Of a stretch of 64,000 nt of DNA, positions 24,353-38,615 are shown in pieces. This DNA is from Octopus vulgaris (Eukaryota): the NCBI GenBank assembly GCA_951406725.2, contig OX597823.1, positions 73,346,001-73,410,000 of the forward strand, in the 5' to 3' direction. The position numbers were made by a program, and so were the translations under genes. Numbering within the stretch: the first letter of the stretch is position 1; each line of letters begins with the position of its first letter. Under the pieces are notes generated by a model that ran no database searches, was not told the origin of the DNA, and worked only from the letters and a program-made list of their open reading frames with translations.

Positions 24353-25176
24353 TAGTTATGTCCATATATGCACATATACATGTATAAAGATATATTGATA
24401 CAGGTAATACGGTATATATACCGACTTACATACACACAAACACACATACATACACACATATACATGTACATGTCTATGCTTAATATTTATATATGTATAT
24501 ATACATATTATATATATTAGATATACAAATAGGTTTTATATAAATATATATATTTGTATTATGTGCTCTATGTGTGTGGAGCGATAACTAAAAATATGTC
24601 TTTCATACACACATGCATACATACACACACACAGGAGCAATATGTGCGTGGGTATTTGTGTGCGTGTCTGTGTGCGTGTGTGTGTATGTGTGTGTGTGCG
24701 TGTGCGTACTAGTTTTACTCCGAAACGCCTGTTATACGTATCCTTGTACAACATCTGTAGCGGTAAATGCATATTCGAAATAGAATTTCACCTTCTAAAT
24801 AATGCTCATTACATTCATTTCTTTTTGCATTTTTTTTTCATTGACATGTCACTTTTGATTATAATGTTTTTCGTTGCGTAAGTCTGAAGAAATTGTAATT
24901 CATTCTTTACAAAACCAACGGAAAATTTCAATGTTTCTGTTTCTATAGTACCGTAATAATAAACGTAATCAGGGCTATTCTGTGCAAATTATGTTCTGCT
25001 TAGAAATTTCGAGAATAGCTATGGATGTGTTCGACTGCACGAACCTATCTGGTGTAGGTCACTCAGTTTATTCATAAAGTGCCAAAATGAGTAACAGTCA
25101 TCACCATCATCAACATCATCATCATCATCACCACCATCATCATCATCATCGTCGTTGTTATTATTATTATTATTAT

Positions 25177-25217
<41 letters not shown>

Positions 25218-25258
25218 TCATCATCATCATCAATGTTGTTGTTATTATTATTATTATT

Positions 25259-25460
25259 AAGGCGGCGAGCTGGCAGAATCTTTAGCGCGCTGGATGAAAT
25301 GCTTGGCGGTACGTTCTGATTTCAAATTCCGCCGCAGTCACCTTTGTCTTTCATCCTTGCGGGGTTGATAAAATAAGAACCAGTTGAACACTGGGGTCGA
25401 TGTAATCGACTCATCCCCTACCCAAAAATTGCTATCCTTGTGGTAAAATTTGAAACCATT
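25259..25460 (+). mobile_element. SINE family 1
   Basis: aaggcggcgagctggcagaatc...ttcaaattcc...gataaaataagaaccag. Other copies at ~28052-28266, 44492-44700, 45495-45690, 45900-46110, 47589-47725, 48240-48385(-), 58745-58960. Confidence 0.85.
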
Positions 25461-25684
25461 ATTGTAATGAATTAGTAATAATTGTGCACCCTTCGCACAT
25501 GATGAATGGAATAGCCTAGTCACTATCAGTAAAGAGAAGTACGTGAAGTACCGGTGTATTTTGTAGGCGGTCAGAAATAGTCGTGTCTTTACTGGTTTAC
25601 TGTTTACTAAGTATAGTGTATACCGAAGTTTTTTTTTAATTATTATTATTATTATCATTATTATTATTATTATTATTATTGTTA

Positions 25685-25972
25685 CTTTTAATCCGCATCC
25701 TTGTTACAGTCACTTGCTGAGACACACCCAGATACTACAATATGACTGAAAGCTTGGGAAAGGGTAGTGAAATATCGTCATGTAATACAACACAGACATT
25801 TAAATGGTTAGGGTTTTTCTAAGGATGTGGGCAGTACTTGTCAGTACAATCTTTTGGATTTCTCTGAGACATGGTTCTCCTGGGATGTTATCTAGATGTT
25901 TCTGACATCCCTCTTATATCATGCCTACGGCACTTACAATAACAGGAACAGATCTCGTTTTAAGATGCCACA
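25685..25972 (-). mobile_element. R4/Dong-like LINE 3' end
   Basis: Translates WHLKTRSVPVIVSAVGMI*EGCQKHLDNIPGEPCLREIQKIVLTSTAHILRKTL; the 3' end runs into (TAA)n. Confidence 0.8.
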
Positions 25973-27053
25973 TCTATATATATAAAACTCAACTTGTGTG
26001 TCTGTGTGTGTATGTGTGTTTAACTTCTCGGCACATCTCCTCCTAGCCTACAAATCGTAGAACCACCAAAAATGGGTCACTTAAAGTTTAGGCGAATGAA
26101 AATTGAACTGCGCTATTTCTGTTCCAAAATTCCTCTCGCAAGTGCAAAAATCGATAATGTATTTGTTTAGGCCTTATCCCATGCATTGAATAGTGAACTT
26201 TACTCAGTCAGCTGTTTGACGTGAACTGTGTTCATCACGCGTGCAAGCATGCGTAAATAGCACGAAAAATAAAAAAATCAAGATATAAAAACGAAACGCC
26301 GTAAACATTGTAGAAATTCGGCAAAGAAATGAATTTTCGGGATGTAGCCTGGAGGGTTTTTTCGTATTAATCGTTTGGACTTTGTGAACACATACCATTT
26401 GGTTTCATAACATTTTTAACGCTTTGAATTAAATGTGACCATTTTACGTTGAATCTGCAGTTTGAATCACTTTAACCAAATTGTAGCAGGCCGGATATTT
26501 GATCATCACGATACATCGCCAGCGACTCCCTGAAACTCTCCCCTGAAATCCTCGTTGAGAAATCTATATATATAAAACTCAGCTTGTGTGTCTGGGTGTT
26601 TAACTTTTGAATCTACCAAGTTCCATTATTAAGGATGGAAAGTAGTTTGTAGCAAATCTCTATATATAATCTATATATATAAAGCTGAAGTTGTCTGTGT
26701 GGCAGGCTTTGTAGCCTTCAACTAACACTATCTCCTTCAAGACCCTACAGCGCAAGTTGACCAAAGTTGAGAGTATGATAGGAGGCTTGCTCTTCATTCT
26801 GGAGAAGATTAAGTTCAAATCGGACCATGTTAACACCAAAAATTATTTACATCAAAAAGGTGCTTCTTTTCTATGAAAATCCCTATGTTTTACGATTTTT
26901 GACTGCCGTGTCACCATTTTTCGGTGTATTTCAATTGAAAAAATGTTTACTTGAAGAGAATAACAAGTTGCATAATGCAAAATTTTTACTTTGCAAAACT
27001 TCGAATTCTAAAGGGGCGAAACAAACACAAGCAACACCGGGTGATACTGCTAT
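25973..27053 (+). mobile_element. Helitron cluster: three 5' ends (25973, 26563, 26670), one 3' end
   Basis: a|TCTATATATATAAA three times; single terminus gcaacaccgggtgatactgCTAT. Confidence 0.7.
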
Positions 27054-27082
27054 GTATATATATATATTTATATATATTTATA

Positions 27083-27120
<38 letters not shown>

Positions 27121-27834
27121 CCATTATAGATCGTTAGCCACGACACACATTTTTCTCTCCTTCTTTTTTCTGTGTCGATTTCTGTAGAAGAGCATAGACT
27201 CGAAGCGTAAAATACTTTTCTATTCCTGAGCGTTATACTAATACATCTGTTTGTCGTCTATACCACATGTCTTCGTCTTTTGTTTTTTTCGTAAACTCTC
27301 CCTATATATAGAGATGGTGAGGAATCCTACATTGGGAGTGGTAACGACTAGGGTAGGGTAACTGACTGCTTGTTGTGATCATTCATCTTTTGGTTTCCTG
27401 TAGCTTTGCTCTCTTTTACAAACCCAGTGAACATATATTTCCTATTTCAAAGAAACTCAAACAATAGATATAAGACCCAATTTCAAAAGATTCTCAACAA
27501 TTCAACTTCTCTGGTTGACATTAAGATGCCCACCCCCAACAGGGGCCTTAACTCTCACATTCTAGAGCTCCATGACCTTCGTTTTTCAAGAGCAAAATCT
27601 TTTTAACAGGTTCAATAAGACTGGAATTTTGGAATATGCTCATAAAAATCAGTAGTAAGGGATAAATGTGGCACGATTACAATTTTGTTTGGGTGTGTAA
27701 AGAGGGAAATAACCCTCATCTGCAATTTTGATGAAATCCGAAACATAGATATTCCAGTTCATTAGAGAAAATATAACAGAAAAGTCTAATTCTTCAATTG
27801 TATGTAACACTGGGAACGCCTCGTATCTCTGATA

Positions 27835-28027
27835 GTCTTTTATATTTCAATTATATGTATGTACTTAGTTGGTCAAATTCCTTGACAGCTATATTTTAAT
27901 CAGTGGGTTAATTGTTATGTTCTGATCAATTAGCCTGGATTGATCTGTTAGTGTTGACTGGAAAATCCCAGAGGATAGTGACATTTTTATCTTCAACGAC
28001 TGGCTCAGGATGGTGTTCGTACCCCGG
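27835..28027 (-). mobile_element. R4/Dong-like LINE fragment, probably the upstream part of 25685-25972
   Basis: GYEHHPEPVVEDKNVTILWDFPVNTNRSIQAN ... NIAVKEFDQLS; the 5' end abuts (TAA)n. Confidence 0.7.
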
Positions 28028-28741
28028 TTATTATTATTATTATTATTATAGTAAGGGAACGAGCTAGCAGAATCGTTAGCATGCCAGGAAAATACTTAGC
28101 GGCATTTCATCCGCCTTCACGTCCTCAGTTCAGATTCCGAAAAGTTCGACTTTGCCTTTTAACCTCTTGGGGTCAATAAATTATGTATCAGTGAAACATT
28201 GAGTTCGATGTAATCGACTAATCACCTTCCCATAAACTTTAGCCCTTGTACCTTTAGTAGGAAGAATTATTATCATTATCCTCATCATCATCATCATTAT
28301 AATCATCATCATCATCTTCATCATCAGCATTAATAGCATCATCATCATTATCATGCTGGAAAGCATACGAAAATACTTTATGAAAGTGGTCGATATCAGA
28401 AAATCATTTGCTTAAATAAAAACAATGGAAGAAAACATTTGGGAGGAGGAAGCAGATTATCGATGATTTTAAACTCCGACTTCCTTTTGCTACAGAAGTC
28501 AACTGTGGCGCTGAAAGTTGAGATAATAAGTAGTTATGCGAAGTTAAAGAGCTACTATGATCGAATATAAAATACTATAGCTGCTTATTTTATTGGTTCT
28601 CAGGATAATGAAATATCATTTATTCTTTGCTTGTCTTTGGATGCCTGGAGTAAGAAACTGAATATCAGAAATTAATTATTGCAGTTTTCATGTATTAACA
28701 ACTCTGCTGACCTTATGCCATTGTAAGCTCTTATATTATTG

Positions 28742-28786
<45 letters not shown>

Positions 28787-29759
28787 AATCGATCACATAA
28801 TCAATTCTGCTTTGATACAGATGCAGTAAGTTTGATATTTTGTATATTGTCGTTGAAAAGTAGTTATTCTATAGACTATAACACTCTTGGTGATAACTTC
28901 CCCTGAATATCTGTAGCTGATATGTCATGGCTTATAACTGTCAAACAAATATATTCACTTTGCTTCGTATTTTTGCAATATATAGCTTACGATTTATACA
29001 AAAAAAAAATGTGCAAAAATAATATATTCTGAAATTTACTGGAAGATAGACATATAATGGAGAAATATAGAATGTGATATGTTTTAAGACTTTATTTAGT
29101 ATTTCTTTTATCATGTATTATGCAATATCGATATAAAACATTATATATTCTTATTGATATCAATTCGGTAATAGTTTAATGACAGACAAAGATATATTTC
29201 CTCTGCAGCCATAGAATGACGAAAATTAACCGTTCAAATTATTTGATAACTTCGTATAGAAATGGGAAGAAATAGAGGATTTCCAAGAGCAATGAATGAC
29301 ACAAGGAACTAAAATTCAGACAGCTTTCATTTCACATGCAAATTTGATCTGTGTTACTCTATCTTAAACAGAAATACATAAAGAAAACAATTTCTTGAAA
29401 TTATCCAGCTATTTTTCCTCGTAATTCCTATAGAAGCTCTTTGGAAACACAGAGGTGCACGAAACACACATACTTGCAAACACTTATACTCACGCATACA
29501 CATGCACATGCGAAACACACAAAACACAGAAAACACAACATACACACAAACAAACAAGCATACACCCGTACACACGCAAATACTCTTATCTATATACGTA
29601 AATAAATGCATGAATGTGTTTATGTTAACCTGTATATGTCAAAATCCTTTGACAACTCGTTTCGTATATATAACTAGATAACAATAGGACATCATGATTA
29701 TGTATGATCAATATGACATACAATCACGATGATGACTCTGGTGATGATCATCAGCAGTA

Positions 29760-30090
29760 GGGGGTGCATTGGCCTAGTGGTTAGGGCAGCGGACTCGTGG
29801 TCGGAGGATCGCGGTTTCGATTCCCAGACCGGGCTTTGTGTGTGTTTATTGAGCGAAAACACCTAAAGCTCCACGAGGTTCCGGCAGGAGGTGGTGGCGA
29901 CTCCTGTTTTACACTTTCGCTCCAACTTTCTCTCACTCTTTCTTCCTGTTTCTTGTCCCCGGTGCTCTCGGTGTCGGGGGTTGACCTGCTTTCTCTTCTG
30001 CGGGTCTTAGAAATAGCACAGGACCACGTTTCGGACTTCTCCCACTCTGGGACGAAGACCGCTTTGCTCAACAAACACGCAAACAAACAA
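29760..30090 (+). mobile_element. SINE family 3
   Basis: tggcctagtggttagggcagcggactcgtggtcggaggatcgcggtttcgattccc with (CAAA)n tail; partial copy at 50010-50175(-). Confidence 0.85.
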
Positions 30091-30759
30091 ACAATCAGCA
30101 GCAGCAGTATTATCATTATTATCATCTTCAACTACAAAAACAATATCATCATCATCTTCATCGAGACCTTGTATGAACCCCTAAGCAGATGGCAGAGCTG
30201 CACGAATGGCAATTAAATGCGTCAAGTTACACCCAACCGTCTTAATAAAAGGACACATTAGGCAGTACAGCCCCTAATATACACAAATCACAGCTGCAAC
30301 TATTTTGATCATAGTTGCACTCTATTTGGAATAAACATTTAGTAGGGTTTAACAAGCGAAATAAGTATCCCTAATATCGTAAGTACCACCATTCTCTTCG
30401 TTATCACGCGTCATTATCATAAAATTTCATGTGTTGCTTCGAGTACCAGTAACACAAATGTTTGGAACGTTCGTTTCCAATCATTCTTCTGGTTTATAAT
30501 ACTTGTATGCTCTCTGTGACCTCAAAAATATTACTTAGAAAGCAGCTAGAATTTTACAGAGGATCACGTAAAAATCAATGCTAAAATGGTAACAGCCAGA
30601 AATTGTGTGAGTATTATAAATAGGATTAATATGTGGGAAATATGTTGATATTGTTTTGCCATAACTCCTTGAAGAAAACAATCTAACGTCAAGAATCTCG
30701 AAACGTGGAGAGGGCTATACAAGCAGTCGGGTGGTTCTCATTTTCAGCTCAGTTTACTT

Positions 30760-30897
30760 GAAGCTGCCTTCCCAATTAGATGGTTCCGTGTTCTATCCCA
30801 CTACGTGTCACCTTGGAAAGGTGTCTTCTATTATAGCCTCGGGCGGATTAGAGCCGTGTGAGTGGAGTTGGTAGTCGGAATCTGAAAGACGCATGTC

Positions 30898-30950
<53 letters not shown>

Positions 30951-31170
30951 TGTGTGTGTCTTTGTGTCTGTGTTTGTTATCTCGCTACCGCTTGACAACC
31001 GGTGTTGGTGTGTTTGTGACCCCGTAACTTAGAGACCGATAGAATAAGTCCTAGGCTTAAGAACTAAAAGTACTGAGGGTCGATTCATTCGACTAAAACT
31101 GCTTCAAGGTGGTGCTCCAGCATGGCCGCAGTTTGATGACAGAAGCCAGTAAATGATAAAAGATAAAAGA
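30760..31170 (+). mobile_element. SINE family 2
   Basis: Same modules as 9775-10182. Confidence 0.8.
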
Positions 31171-31270
31171 TGAGGACATTACAAAAAAGTACAAGAATGA
31201 TCGTGTGCCTAAGAGTACATCCTCGCCTCTATTGCACACGCTTTCACTACACAGACACACATGCTTAAAC

Positions 31271-31301
<31 letters not shown>

Positions 31302-31769
31302 TGTATGTATGTATGTATGTATGTATGTATGTATGTATGTATGTATGTATGTATGCATGCATGTATGTATGTGTGTAAGGCTCCATTTCGGGAGCTCTGG
31401 AGTTGTGGGGAGCGTTAAGTCATCCATTAATCACCATTAATCCCAGATTCGTTCTATCCAGGAACTGTAGTACCTATCAAGTCCTCAACTATAGGTTAAA
31501 TAGATTTCCAAAGGCTAGAGGAAGCTCCTGCAATTTTTGGTGAAGTCGTGAGGAAGGCAGCTCTTCTAGGAGAAAGGTACTTTGAGACAAACCTTGCAGT
31601 CAAAGTAGTACCAGATATATTGTCAGGCTTGTCACTGAAACTTACTATAACGACTGAGCGTGTGGCAAAAGCGCTGTACAATCTTTTTGTCACTTGAATT
31701 CAATGACGTACAGATGTCTCACAATGTGAGACGGCTATCATCTGACAAGATGAGGCAATCATATATGTA

Positions 31770-31843
<74 letters not shown>

Positions 31844-32151
31844 TATAAATTAAGGATCCCTCGTAGATAGGCACACACACATATACATACGCATATAGGC
31901 ATTCTCACACATATAATGTTGGGCAACTACTGTGATGAAGCCGCCTACTGAGGAAGAAACAGATTTCTTCTAGTTTCCACTGACTGGAATGTAACTTTTG
32001 CGGTTATTAATTCTCCAGATTATGTTACCGATGATTATGTCACATTCTATGGAAGCGGTGATGGTTTCAAGAAATCAAAAATTGGTCTTGTTTGGTGTTT
32101 AATACAACATTATTCTTATTTGATATATGTATGTGTTCGTGTGTGTGTGTG

Positions 32152-32192
<41 letters not shown>

Positions 32193-33074
32193 GAGGGAGA
32201 GAGTGGGCGAGAGAGACTATGACTCTGTGTGTGTGTGTGAATGTGTTTGTCTGTGACTATGTCTGTGTATGTGAGTGCGTTGACTACTCTGTGCATGAAA
32301 ATTGCAATTGATGATCACGTTTGAGAAATTATCTTGACGAAAATCTTATTAGGGGATGTTATAATTTATTTTCGAAATATTATAAGAAAGCCAAGTTCTG
32401 TATATTAGAGATGTCTACCTAGTAAATATGATCGATTATATTACGAATCGAAATAATTGTTGATCAGATTTACTGAAACTTGACCTCTAAGTTTATGGAT
32501 ATTTGATAAATCTATTCCATGACATAAGGTCAGATTGTTCATTGACATGATGGAATTTGTTGACAGCATCCCAGTATTCTGTCAAATGTAGTTAATGTGT
32601 GCGTCTTATGATCACATTTACTTCCACTTGTCTTTTGGAAAGTTCTCATATTTTGAAGTTAGGATATTTCATTAAACACAGATGTTGCTTTTAATTGTAC
32701 TTCTTTATTCAGCTTGAATAAATTGTTATTAAGATGAAGCTAGTAAAGCGATGTTCTAATTGTGCAAACTTCATTACTCCACTGTTGATTTAAGAAATGA
32801 AAATAAATATTGTACAGCAGTATTTAGCTATATATATAAATTATATATGATTTATATATATAAATATATTTTGACAAGGTTCAAAGATAAATTGCGTTCA
32901 ATAAAGGATGTGGTCACTTTTAATTAGTCTCCGTGTTCATTCGATCGATCACAGAAAAATATACAGCAAAAACAGAATCACTTTGATTTAAACTAGAAAA
33001 GTGAAACTATGTAGCATAAAGTATTTAATAATAATTTTGGCTGCTGAATTAATCTCGAAAAGATACAGCTTTCG

Positions 33075-33701
33075 AATTTTTGTCACAAGGTCAGCACTTT
33101 CAGAGGAGGGGCTAAGTCGATTACATCGACCCCAATGCTCAACTGGTACTTATTTTATTGACCTTGAAAGGATAAAAGGCAAAGTCAACCTCGGCGAGAT
33201 TTCAATTCAGAAGAGAAACACAGGCGTGCTAACGATTCTTATTTCTTTATTGCCCACAAGGGGATAAACATAGAGGGGATAAACAAGGACAGACAAAGGG
33301 ATTAAGTCGATTACATCGACCCCAGTGCGTAACTGGTACTTAATTTATCGACTCCGAAAGGATGAAAGGTAAAGTCGACCTCGGCGGAATTTGAACTCAG
33401 AACGTAACGGCAGACGAAATATCGCAAATATTTCGCCCGGCGTACTAACGATTCTGCCAGTTCGTCGCCTTGTCTCGAAAAGATATTGATTTCAAATTTT
33501 GGCTCAAGACCAACAAGTTCAGGGTAGAGGGTAAGTCGATTACATCGACCCCAGTGATCAACTGGTACTTATTTTATCAACCCCAAAAGGATGAAAGGTA
33601 AAGTCGGCCTCGGCGGAATTTTAACTGAGAATGTAAGGTCCGACGAAATACTGCTGAGCATTTTTCCCAGTGTGCTAACGATTCTGAAAGCTCGTCGCCT
33701 T
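33075..33701 (-). mobile_element. Three stacked SINE family 1 copies; the middle one (33240-33471) is Tx1-tailed
   Basis: Repeated gaaaggataaaaggcaaagtc-type cores; the middle copy ends (minus) cttgtgggcaataaagaaata|agaatcgttagcacgcc. Confidence 0.85.
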
Positions 33702-34717
33702 ATCTCGAACGAATGTTATCATATACTTAACCTAACCTTTCAGCCGCTAAACCGGATGTTCAACAAATTACAAGAAAATACTTGAAATGTGAAGCATTGA
33801 AATATACGGTGACATCAATCTCGCCATCATATTAATTATGGACTAAATAGCATTAGTACACCGCTATATCTCTAATTTGATCGAAATTAGATTCTTGGCA
33901 TCACTCACTAAAACTCTGATTGTATTTTAACGATTTCATACAAACGCAATTTATCAGAAATAGAAAAATTAGATCTACCTGTCCGGGTTCAAGTTTCGTT
34001 TAATATTCATCAGAAATGAAAATACTATTTCATCATATGTATAATTATCAAACATAGTTATTATATTCAATTCATAAGATCAGTTCATATAAACCGTGTT
34101 AATTTGACAAAATAACTTATTTTCATTCATTTACTAAATTCTGCTATCACGGCAAGTAAAACTCCTTTGTATTTTTTCCACCCTCTTTTGCAACCGGAGC
34201 TGTATTTTGAAAATTGTAAACATATATCTGTCTCCCTCCTTTAACGAAAATATTTTATGTCACTGAACAGTTTCAAGCTTCACTTTCTATCTTCAAAGAT
34301 TGAATATTATTCCATCTGCCCAAGGAGAAAAATGTTTGCAGCTGCTCATACTTCCTAAATGCCCAGCCAGTCATACAACACAGCAATTATCATTGGATAA
34401 TATATGAGGTTTATTCCTATTCTCTAAGCAATAAGACGTTAAGCATAAGACTACTAGATATAGCGGTTGGTATATTTTGTATAATGACTGTTGTATGGAG
34501 AACATCTCCAGGGCATGTATTACGTATATTCCTTTTTACTTTCAGATATTCCAGTAAAATTTTTCAGCGAAGTTTCAGTAAAATTTATGGAACTGTTATG
34601 AATTAATGGATTCAAACTGCTAACATATGCACGCACACACACACATACATATACATTTATGTATGTATGTATGTATGTATGTATGTATGTATGTATGTAT
34701 GTATGTATGTATGTATG

Positions 34718-34751
<34 letters not shown>

Positions 34752-34779
34752 TGCATGTATATGTATGTATGTATGTATG

Positions 34780-34868
<89 letters not shown>

Positions 34869-35046
34869 TGATATATACAGGTATGGTGATTCAAACAGGA
34901 AAAATAGAATTCAAACTATGAATATATGTATATTTTGTATGCAGATATATATATTCATATATATCTATCTCACCCTCTATGTGTCCTTTCTTTCTCTTTC
35001 CATAAATAGTGCGTACATACATACATACATACATACATACATACAT

Positions 35047-35098
<52 letters not shown>

Positions 35099-35102
35099 AT
35101 AT

Positions 35103-35152
<50 letters not shown>

Positions 35153-35378
35153 GTGCGTGTATGTATGTACGTATGTATATATGTGGTTGTATGTGTGTGT
35201 GTGTAAGTGTTTTAGAGCCATACATTTGCCAAAAGAAACTGTTTTTACAAAGAAAAACTCTCAGCACATTGATATAAAAATCTTGTATATACTTATGTTT
35301 GCGTAAGGATGGTATTCGGTATTTTTTGAAATCTAACATGAAATCACTAATGTTTTAACGTCCACAGGTCGCTGTATC

Positions 35379-35457
<79 letters not shown>

Positions 35458-35870
35458 GGCTGAGAAAGAGAAAAGCAGAATACGGTGAAGGATGGGGGAA
35501 ACGATGCCTAGGGTGTTATTACTCAATGCCTTAAGGGTAACAAAACAAGAAATTGCAACGAAAGTTGAGATGAAGTATATTTGGGTATCATACATAATAA
35601 CAACGCTGTTATTGAAGATAATTAGGATGATGAACATGGTTAGAGATATGGTCGCGGTTGTAGTGGCAGTGGTCATGAAGCCAGCGTATACACATAATCA
35701 TCACAATCTTTGCAAATATTATCATCATTAACAACATCAGTCTCAAATATCAGCAAAGTCATTATCATGATCAGCAGTTTGGCTATCGCAAATGATTAGC
35801 CCTTTGGCAAAATGTTTTACGTAATTTGGTTTTCAAGGTTTTCTCTAACACAGCATTACTTTATTAATAA

Positions 35871-36467
35871 CTAGCAGTATCGCCCGGCGTTGCTCGGGTT
35901 TGTAAGGGAAATAACTATATAAGCATTTTTAGAGATGTAAAGTATAATAGCCATCTCAATATGGCTAACCACAAAGTTACTNNNNNNNNNNNNNNNNNNN
36001 NNNNNNNNNNNNNNNNNNNNNNNNNNNNNNNNNNNNNNNNNNNNNNNNNNNNNNNNNNNNNNNNNNNNNNNNNNNNNNNNNAGCAGTATCGCCCGGCGTT
36101 GCTCGGGTTTGTAAGGGAAATAACTATATAAGCATTTTTAGAGATGTAAAGTATAATAGCCATCTCAATATGGCTAACCACAAAGTTACTGTAGCTTTTT
36201 ACGTTCTGAGATTTAATAATAAATTTTTAGAGAGTTACTTCCCTTATATATGCCAAAAATGCATTAAAAATGGGAAAAATTGATAGTAAATTTTCTTTTA
36301 AATTGTAGACTCATCGCAGACGCGCACTAATACCCAGAAGGGCTCGATATGAATCACGACTATAAGATACTCGGTTTTGGTTAAACTGCACCGCAAAATG
36401 TGGGAGTAGTTAGGAATCTAAATCGTAGGAGACAGACAGCACACAACCTTACTTTTATATATAAAGA
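35871..36467 (-). mobile_element. Helitron type A, interrupted by the assembly gap
   Basis: a|CTAGcagtatcgcccggcgttgctcgggt ... ttttatatataaaGA|t, the reverse complement of 14420-14814. Confidence 0.85.
35982..36081. other. 100-N scaffold gap with duplicated flanks
   Basis: 35873-35981 is repeated at 36082-36190. Confidence 0.95.
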
Positions 36468-36516
36468 TGTGTATGTATTGTGTGTGCATGTATTGTGTGT
36501 GTATGCCTCTTGTATA

Positions 36517-36562
<46 letters not shown>

Positions 36563-36631
36563 TACATATTCCTCACACACAGACACAAGTTATAATGTGT
36601 ATATAAATAATGTTAATAATATATGTATGTA

Positions 36632-36912
36632 TACTCTTTACTCTTTTACTTGTTTCAGTCATTTGACTGTAGCCATGCTGGAGCACCGCCTTGAGTGGAA
36701 TAAATCGACCCCAGGACTTGTCTTTTGTAAGCCTAGTACTTATTTTATCGGTATTTTGCAGTACCGCTAAGTTATGGGGTCGTAGGCACACCAGCATCGG
36801 TTGTCAAGCGATGTTGTAGAAGACACTTGCCCGAGATGCTACGCAGTGGGACTGAACCCGAAACCATGTGGTTCGTAAGCAAGCTACTTACCACACTGCC
36901 ACTCCTACGCCT
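36632..36912 (-). mobile_element. SINE family 2, internally deleted
   Basis: Head and tail modules are joined without the central part. Confidence 0.8.
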
Positions 36913-36996
36913 ATATATATGTATATATATATATATATATACATACCCCCACACACAGATACACAGTTATAATGTGTACACATATTTATATACATA

Positions 36997-37044
<48 letters not shown>

Positions 37045-38024
37045 GTTAATAATGTTTGTATGTATAAATATATATATATATATACGCATACATACTCATA
37101 TATACATAGTACATACAATGAGGTTGCATGGCTCAGTGGTCGGGCTCACAGTCATGAGGTAGTGAGTCGGATTCCCAGCCCGTGTTGCGAAATTTTTTCA
37201 CCCACAAGAATTCTGGGCCCCAGTAATGAATTTATTTGCATAAAGCCAACCAGAGCTCACCTTGACTTTGTTCTCAACGTTCAGTTCTCAGATTTTGCCT
37301 AGACGCAAAGTCCAACATAACATTCGTTTATGTGTTAAAAACAACCAATCTCTTTGTAAAATACATTCTACCAAGTAAACTCAAGATGAAGAACAATGTT
37401 GTAAGTCGACCGATCGCCAAGTTATGCCTGATTTTAGAAGTAGACAGAGATTTGCATCTATACCTATTATCGGATTTTGTTTGCGTCCCATATGGTAAAG
37501 ATGTGAATGGGAAAAATGCGAGTAGAGAGTGATGTGCTAGCAACCCTCACAAAGTAAACAACAACGCAAATAACTACGCAGAGGCAGCCATGGTTGAAAC
37601 AAGAATAAGATCAAGAAGCATTATTAAGAGAAAAGAAGCATGGTTATTTCTTATCCAAGTGACGTTATCTTACTGCCCATCACTTGTTATGCGCTCATAA
37701 ATTAGTTTGATACTTGAGCTCTGATTGGTTGTATGCAAATGAGATCATAACTGGGGTCCGGAACTCTCGTGGGAAAAATTTCGCAACCGGGTTGTGTGTT
37801 GTTCGTGAGCAAGACACCTTATTTCACATTACTCCGGAGTTGTGACGTCACTGGTGCCAAGCTGTATTGGTCTTTGCGTATCTCTTGGACAACATTGGTG
37901 GTGTGGAGAAAGGAGGCTGGTTTGCATGGTCAACGACGGGTCTTCCATAATCAACTTTTGTGAAGCGGAGGAGAACTTTTATATACACAGACGTTTACCT
38001 GTTTGCATTTGCATATACGTATAT

Positions 38025-38340
38025 GCAGGCGTTTGGCTTAGTTGTTGTGGTTTTTGGCTCACGGTCGTGAGTTCGATTCTCGGCGGTGCATTGTGGCCTC
38101 GAGTAAAATAATTTACTTCCCGTTGCTCCAGTCCGCTCAGCTGGCAAAAATGAGTTGTGCTTATAATTCAAAAGGCCGGCCTTCTCACATTATGTGTCAC
38201 GCTGAATCTCCCTGAGAATTACGTTAAGGGTATGTGTGTCTTTGGCGTGCTTAGCCACTTGCACGTTAATTTCACATGCAGACTGTTCCGTTCATTGGTT
38301 CATCCGCAACACTTTTCGTTGTAACCTATAGAGTGCAAGT
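38025..38340 (+). mobile_element. Old tRNA-derived SINE, fourth family
   Basis: tggcttagttg...gagttcgattc head; gagaattacgttaaggg body also seen decayed at ~9600-9740. Confidence 0.55.
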
Positions 38341-38540
38341 TTATATACGAATATTTGCACTTTTATCTTTATTGATTAATTTCGCTTTTTTTATATCCAT
38401 TTATCAGTTAAATTGTTAGTTCCTTATCTGACATTTTTCTGTTTCTCACTGATTCTCTCCTTCTCTATTTTTGTGTAAATAATATGCCTATAAAATTTTG
38501 TTTTTGTAAGTATGTACACACACGTAAATAGCTAGCTAGC

Positions 38541-38614
<74 letters not shown>

Positions 38615-38615
38615 T

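Noticed and set aside
35873-36190. Tandem duplication of a Helitron 3' end
   Set aside because: Identical 109-bp copies flank a 100-N gap; most likely an unmerged contig overlap.
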